Origin: Dickeya solani IPO 2222
GTDB taxonomy: Bacteria > Pseudomonadota > Gammaproteobacteria > Enterobacterales > Enterobacteriaceae
Length of the DNA: 32,000 bases
Reading direction: 5' to 3'
Assembly (NCBI RefSeq): GCF_001644705.1
Contig: NZ_CP015137.1
Coordinates: 2,820,001-2,852,000, forward strand
Part shown: positions 29,772-32,000 of the stretch, piece by piece
How positions within the stretch are numbered: the stretch's first letter is position 1
Layout of the letters: each line of letters opens with the position of its first letter
Program-made: the position numbers and the translations under genes
Notes under the pieces: generated by a model
Seen by the model: the letters and a program-made list of their open reading frames with translations, nothing else
The model's database searches: none
What the model was told of the DNA's origin: nothing

Positions 29772-30031
29772 GCGTTGAAGCGAAAGCGAAAATTGTTGCG
29801 GAATTTGGTCGTGGTACGAATGACAGCGGTTCTACCGAGGTTCAGGTTGCTCTGCTGACTGCTCAGATTAACCATCTGCAGGGTCACTTTTCCGAGCACA
29901 AGAAAGATCACCACAGCCGCCGCGGTCTGCTGCGTATGGTTTCTCAGCGTCGTAAGCTGCTGGACTACCTGAAGCGTAAAGATCTGGCACGCTACACCAC
30001 CCTGATTGAACGTCTGGGTCTGCGTCGCTAA
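29762..30031 (+). CDS. rpsO: 30S ribosomal protein S15
   Basis: The 89-aa [77 protein letters not shown]... matches S15. Confidence 0.98.
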   Translation: MSLSVEAKAKIVAEFGRGTNDSGSTEVQVALLTAQINHLQGHFSEHKKDHHSRRGLLRMVSQRRKLLDYLKRKDLARYTTLIERLGLRR

Positions 30032-30049
30032 TTCGACGAGTTTCAGGAG

Positions 30050-30078
30050 AGAGGGGCCTTTTGGGGCCCCTTTCTTCT
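30050..30078 (+). terminator. rpsO intrinsic terminator
   Basis: AGGGGCC-ttttgg-GGCCCCT is followed by TTCTTC, about 20 nt after the rpsO stop. Confidence 0.8.
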
Positions 30079-30144
30079 AGGAAGTGCCAGCAAAACAGAG
30101 TAATGTATTGCTGTTGTGAATATGATCCGTTATTACAGCGATTC

Positions 30145-30202
30145 GCGCGGCTAATGAGAGGCTTTATCTGTTGCGTCAGAATGAAGGCTGTCATTAGTCG
30201 CG
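30145..30202 (+). promoter_or_regulatory. Long pnp-leader stem-loop (RNase III processing / PNPase autoregulation hairpin)
   Basis: The 5' arm GCGCGGCTAATGAGAGGC (30145-30162) pairs with the 3' arm GGCTGTCATTAGTCGCG (30186-30202). About 13-14 of 16-17 positions are complementary. It lies about 80 nt upstream of the pnp start, as in E. coli. Confidence 0.6.
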
Positions 30203-30283
30203 AGGATGTAATGGCCGGATCGGGTATTAACTGGTGCGTCATATCAGGGATATGGTGCGCGCCTCTGGTAAAGGACAAGTATT

Positions 30284-32000
30284 TTGCTTAATCCGATCGT
30301 TCGTAAATTCCAGTACGGTCAGCATACCGTGACACTAGAAACCGGTATGATGGCTCGTCAGGCTACTGCTGCTGTAATGGTCAGCATGGATGACACCGCG
30401 GTATTCGTGACCGTGGTGGGTGCCAAACAAGCCAAGCCGGGTCAGGACTTTTTCCCGTTGACCGTTAACTATCAGGAGCGTACCTACGCTGCTGGCCGTA
30501 TCCCCGGCAGTTTTTTCCGTCGTGAAGGCCGTCCGAGCGAAGGTGAAACGCTGACTTCCCGTCTGATCGACCGTCCGATTCGTCCGCTGTTCCCGGATGG
30601 TTTCGTTAATGAAGTACAGGTTATCGCCACTGTGGTTTCTGTTAATCCGCAGATTAACCCGGATATCGTTGCCATGATCGGTGCTTCTGCTGCGCTGAGT
30701 CTGTCCGGCATTCCGTTCAACGGCCCGATTGGCTCGGCTCGCGTTGGTTACATCAACGACCAGTATGTGCTGAACCCGACTACCGAAGAACTGAAAACCA
30801 GTCGTCTGGATCTGGTGGTCGCCGGTACGGAAGGCGCGGTGCTGATGGTAGAGTCCGAAGCGGATCTGCTGAGCGAAGACCAGATGCTGGGCGCGGTAGT
30901 GTTTGGTCACGACCAGCAGCAGATTGTTATCGAAAATATCAAGTCGCTGACGGCGGAAGCCGGCAAGCCGAAGTGGAACTGGCAGGCGCCGGAAATTAAT
31001 GTCGAACTGCACAACCGCGTGCAGGCGCTGTCTGAAACTCGTCTGGGCGATGCCTATCGCATCACCGAAAAACAGCAGCGTTACGCTCAGGTTGATACCA
31101 TCAAATCCGATGTGACTGCGGCTCTGTTGGCGGAAGATGGCACGCTGGACGAGAACGAACTGCGCGATATTCTCGGCAGCATCGAGAAGAATGTGGTGCG
31201 TAGCCGTGTACTGAGCGGCGAACCGCGCATCGACGGCCGTGAAAAAGACATGATCCGTGGCCTGGATGTTCGTACCGGCGTACTGCCGCGTACTCACGGT
31301 TCCGCACTGTTTACCCGTGGTGAAACTCAGGCGCTGGTTACCGCGACGCTGGGTACCGAGCGTGACGCACAGATTATTGACGAACTGATCGGCGAACGTA
31401 CCGATCGCTTCCTGCTGCACTACAACTTCCCGCCGTACTCCGTGGGCGAAACCGGTATGGTCGGGTCGCCGAAGCGCCGTGAAATCGGTCACGGTCGTCT
31501 GGCTAAACGTGGCGTGTTGGCTGTGATGCCGAAACCGGAAGCTTTCCCGTACACCGTGCGTGTGGTATCCGAAATCACTGAGTCCAATGGTTCTTCTTCT
31601 ATGGCGTCCGTGTGCGGCGCGTCGCTGGCGCTGATGGATGCCGGTGTGCCAATCAAAGCTGCCGTTGCTGGTATCGCGATGGGCCTGGTAAAAGAAGGCG
31701 ACAACTACGTTGTGCTGTCAGACATCCTGGGGGACGAAGACCACCTGGGCGACATGGACTTCAAAGTTGCCGGTAGCCGTGAAGGCGTGACTGCGCTGCA
31801 GATGGACATCAAAATCGAAGGCATCACCCGCGAAATCATGCAGGTGGCGCTGAATCAGGCTAAGGGTGCGCGTCTGCACATTCTGGGCGTGATGGAACAG
31901 GCCATTAGCACGCCGCGTGGCGATATCTCCGAATTCGCACCGCGTATTCACACCATCAAGATCAGCACCGACAAGATCAAAGATGTGATTGGTAAAGGTG
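30284..32000 (+). CDS. pnp: Polynucleotide phosphorylase (PNPase), 5' part; runs off the window end
   Basis: A TTG start with an AGGA SD 8 nt upstream gives (M)[45 protein letters not shown]...[10 protein letters not shown]...[15 protein letters not shown]...[17 protein letters not shown]. This is colinear with E. coli PNPase through both RNase PH domains into the KH domain. It has no stop in the window, so it is absent from the ORF track. Confidence 0.97.
   Translation, partial: MLNPIVRKFQYGQHTVTLETGMMARQATAAVMVSMDDTAVFVTVVGAKQAKPGQDFFPLTVNYQERTYAAGRIPGSFFRREGRPSEGETLTSRLIDRPIRPLFPDGFVNEVQVIATVVSVNPQINPDIVAMIGASAALSLSGIPFNGPIGSARVGYINDQYVLNPTTEELKTSRLDLVVAGTEGAVLMVESEADLLSEDQMLGAVVFGHDQQQIVIENIKSLTAEAGKPKWNWQAPEINVELHNRVQALSETRLGDAYRITEKQQRYAQVDTIKSDVTAALLAEDGTLDENELRDILGSIEKNVVRSRVLSGEPRIDGREKDMIRGLDVRTGVLPRTHGSALFTRGETQALVTATLGTERDAQIIDELIGERTDRFLLHYNFPPYSVGETGMVGSPKRREIGHGRLAKRGVLAVMPKPEAFPYTVRVVSEITESNGSSSMASVCGASLALMDAGVPIKAAVAGIAMGLVKEGDNYVVLSDILGDEDHLGDMDFKVAGSREGVTALQMDIKIEGITREIMQVALNQAKGARLHILGVMEQAISTPRGDISEFAPRIHTIKISTDKIKDVIGKG

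Noticed and set aside
30080-30300. Possible SraG-like antisense sRNA opposite the pnp leader.
   Set aside because: Its existence is known in E. coli. Here the best minus-strand promoter candidates (TTTACG-17-AAATAC and TTGTCC-17-CCATAT) are poor, and the reverse of the rpsO terminator lacks a U-tract. There is no sequence support.
30335-31492. 385-aa minus-strand ORF (and 31489-31951 minus ORFs) at the right end of the window.
   Set aside because: These are antisense to pnp. pnp is open on the plus strand from TTG 30284 to the window edge and matches PNPase throughout. The ORF track omits it only because it has no stop in the window.

Overview
This window is an Enterobacterales chromosomal segment, about 52-56% GC in genes. 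A Pectobacteriaceae/Dickeya-like origin is only a guess. It is almost entirely conserved housekeeping loci. Left to right: tRNA-Ile2 (ileX); the rpsU-dnaG-rpoD operon (minus strand) divergent from tsaD; argR divergent from mdh; an sfsB/nlp-like gene; ispB divergent from rplU-rpmA-yhbE-obgE; dacB; greA; yhbY divergent from rlmE-ftsH-folP-glmM; secG-leuU; then metY-rimP-nusA-infB-rbfA-truB, rpsO, and the 5' 1.7 kb of pnp. pnp runs off the right edge and is therefore missing from the supplied ORF track.

Many classical regulatory elements can be read directly. These include intrinsic terminators, sigma32 promoters for rpoD (inside dnaG) and for rlmE-ftsH, a sigmaE-type promoter with a GraL-like attenuator ahead of greA, an ARG box, a CRP site, the rpsO operator, and the pnp RNase III hairpin.

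Only two stretches look accessory:
1. 1-1134 is a decayed, AT-rich integrative-element remnant abutting the 3' end of ileX. It holds an integrase 3' fragment fused head-to-head to a 5'-truncated Bro-N-like gene.
2. 8845-10308 has the Ner-like sfsB gene divergent from a tandem pair of small paralogous genes. Their N-termini look like the phage Mu repressor/transposase winged-helix (YfeC/YfeD-like), and a repeated ATTTCCAAAT decamer sits in the shared intergenic region. This Mu-immunity-switch-like geometry is the most interesting unexplained feature.

No CRISPR array, rRNA, intact IS/transposon or recognisable defence system was seen. All homology statements come from reading the translations and from memory of E. 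coli/phage sequences. No searches were run.
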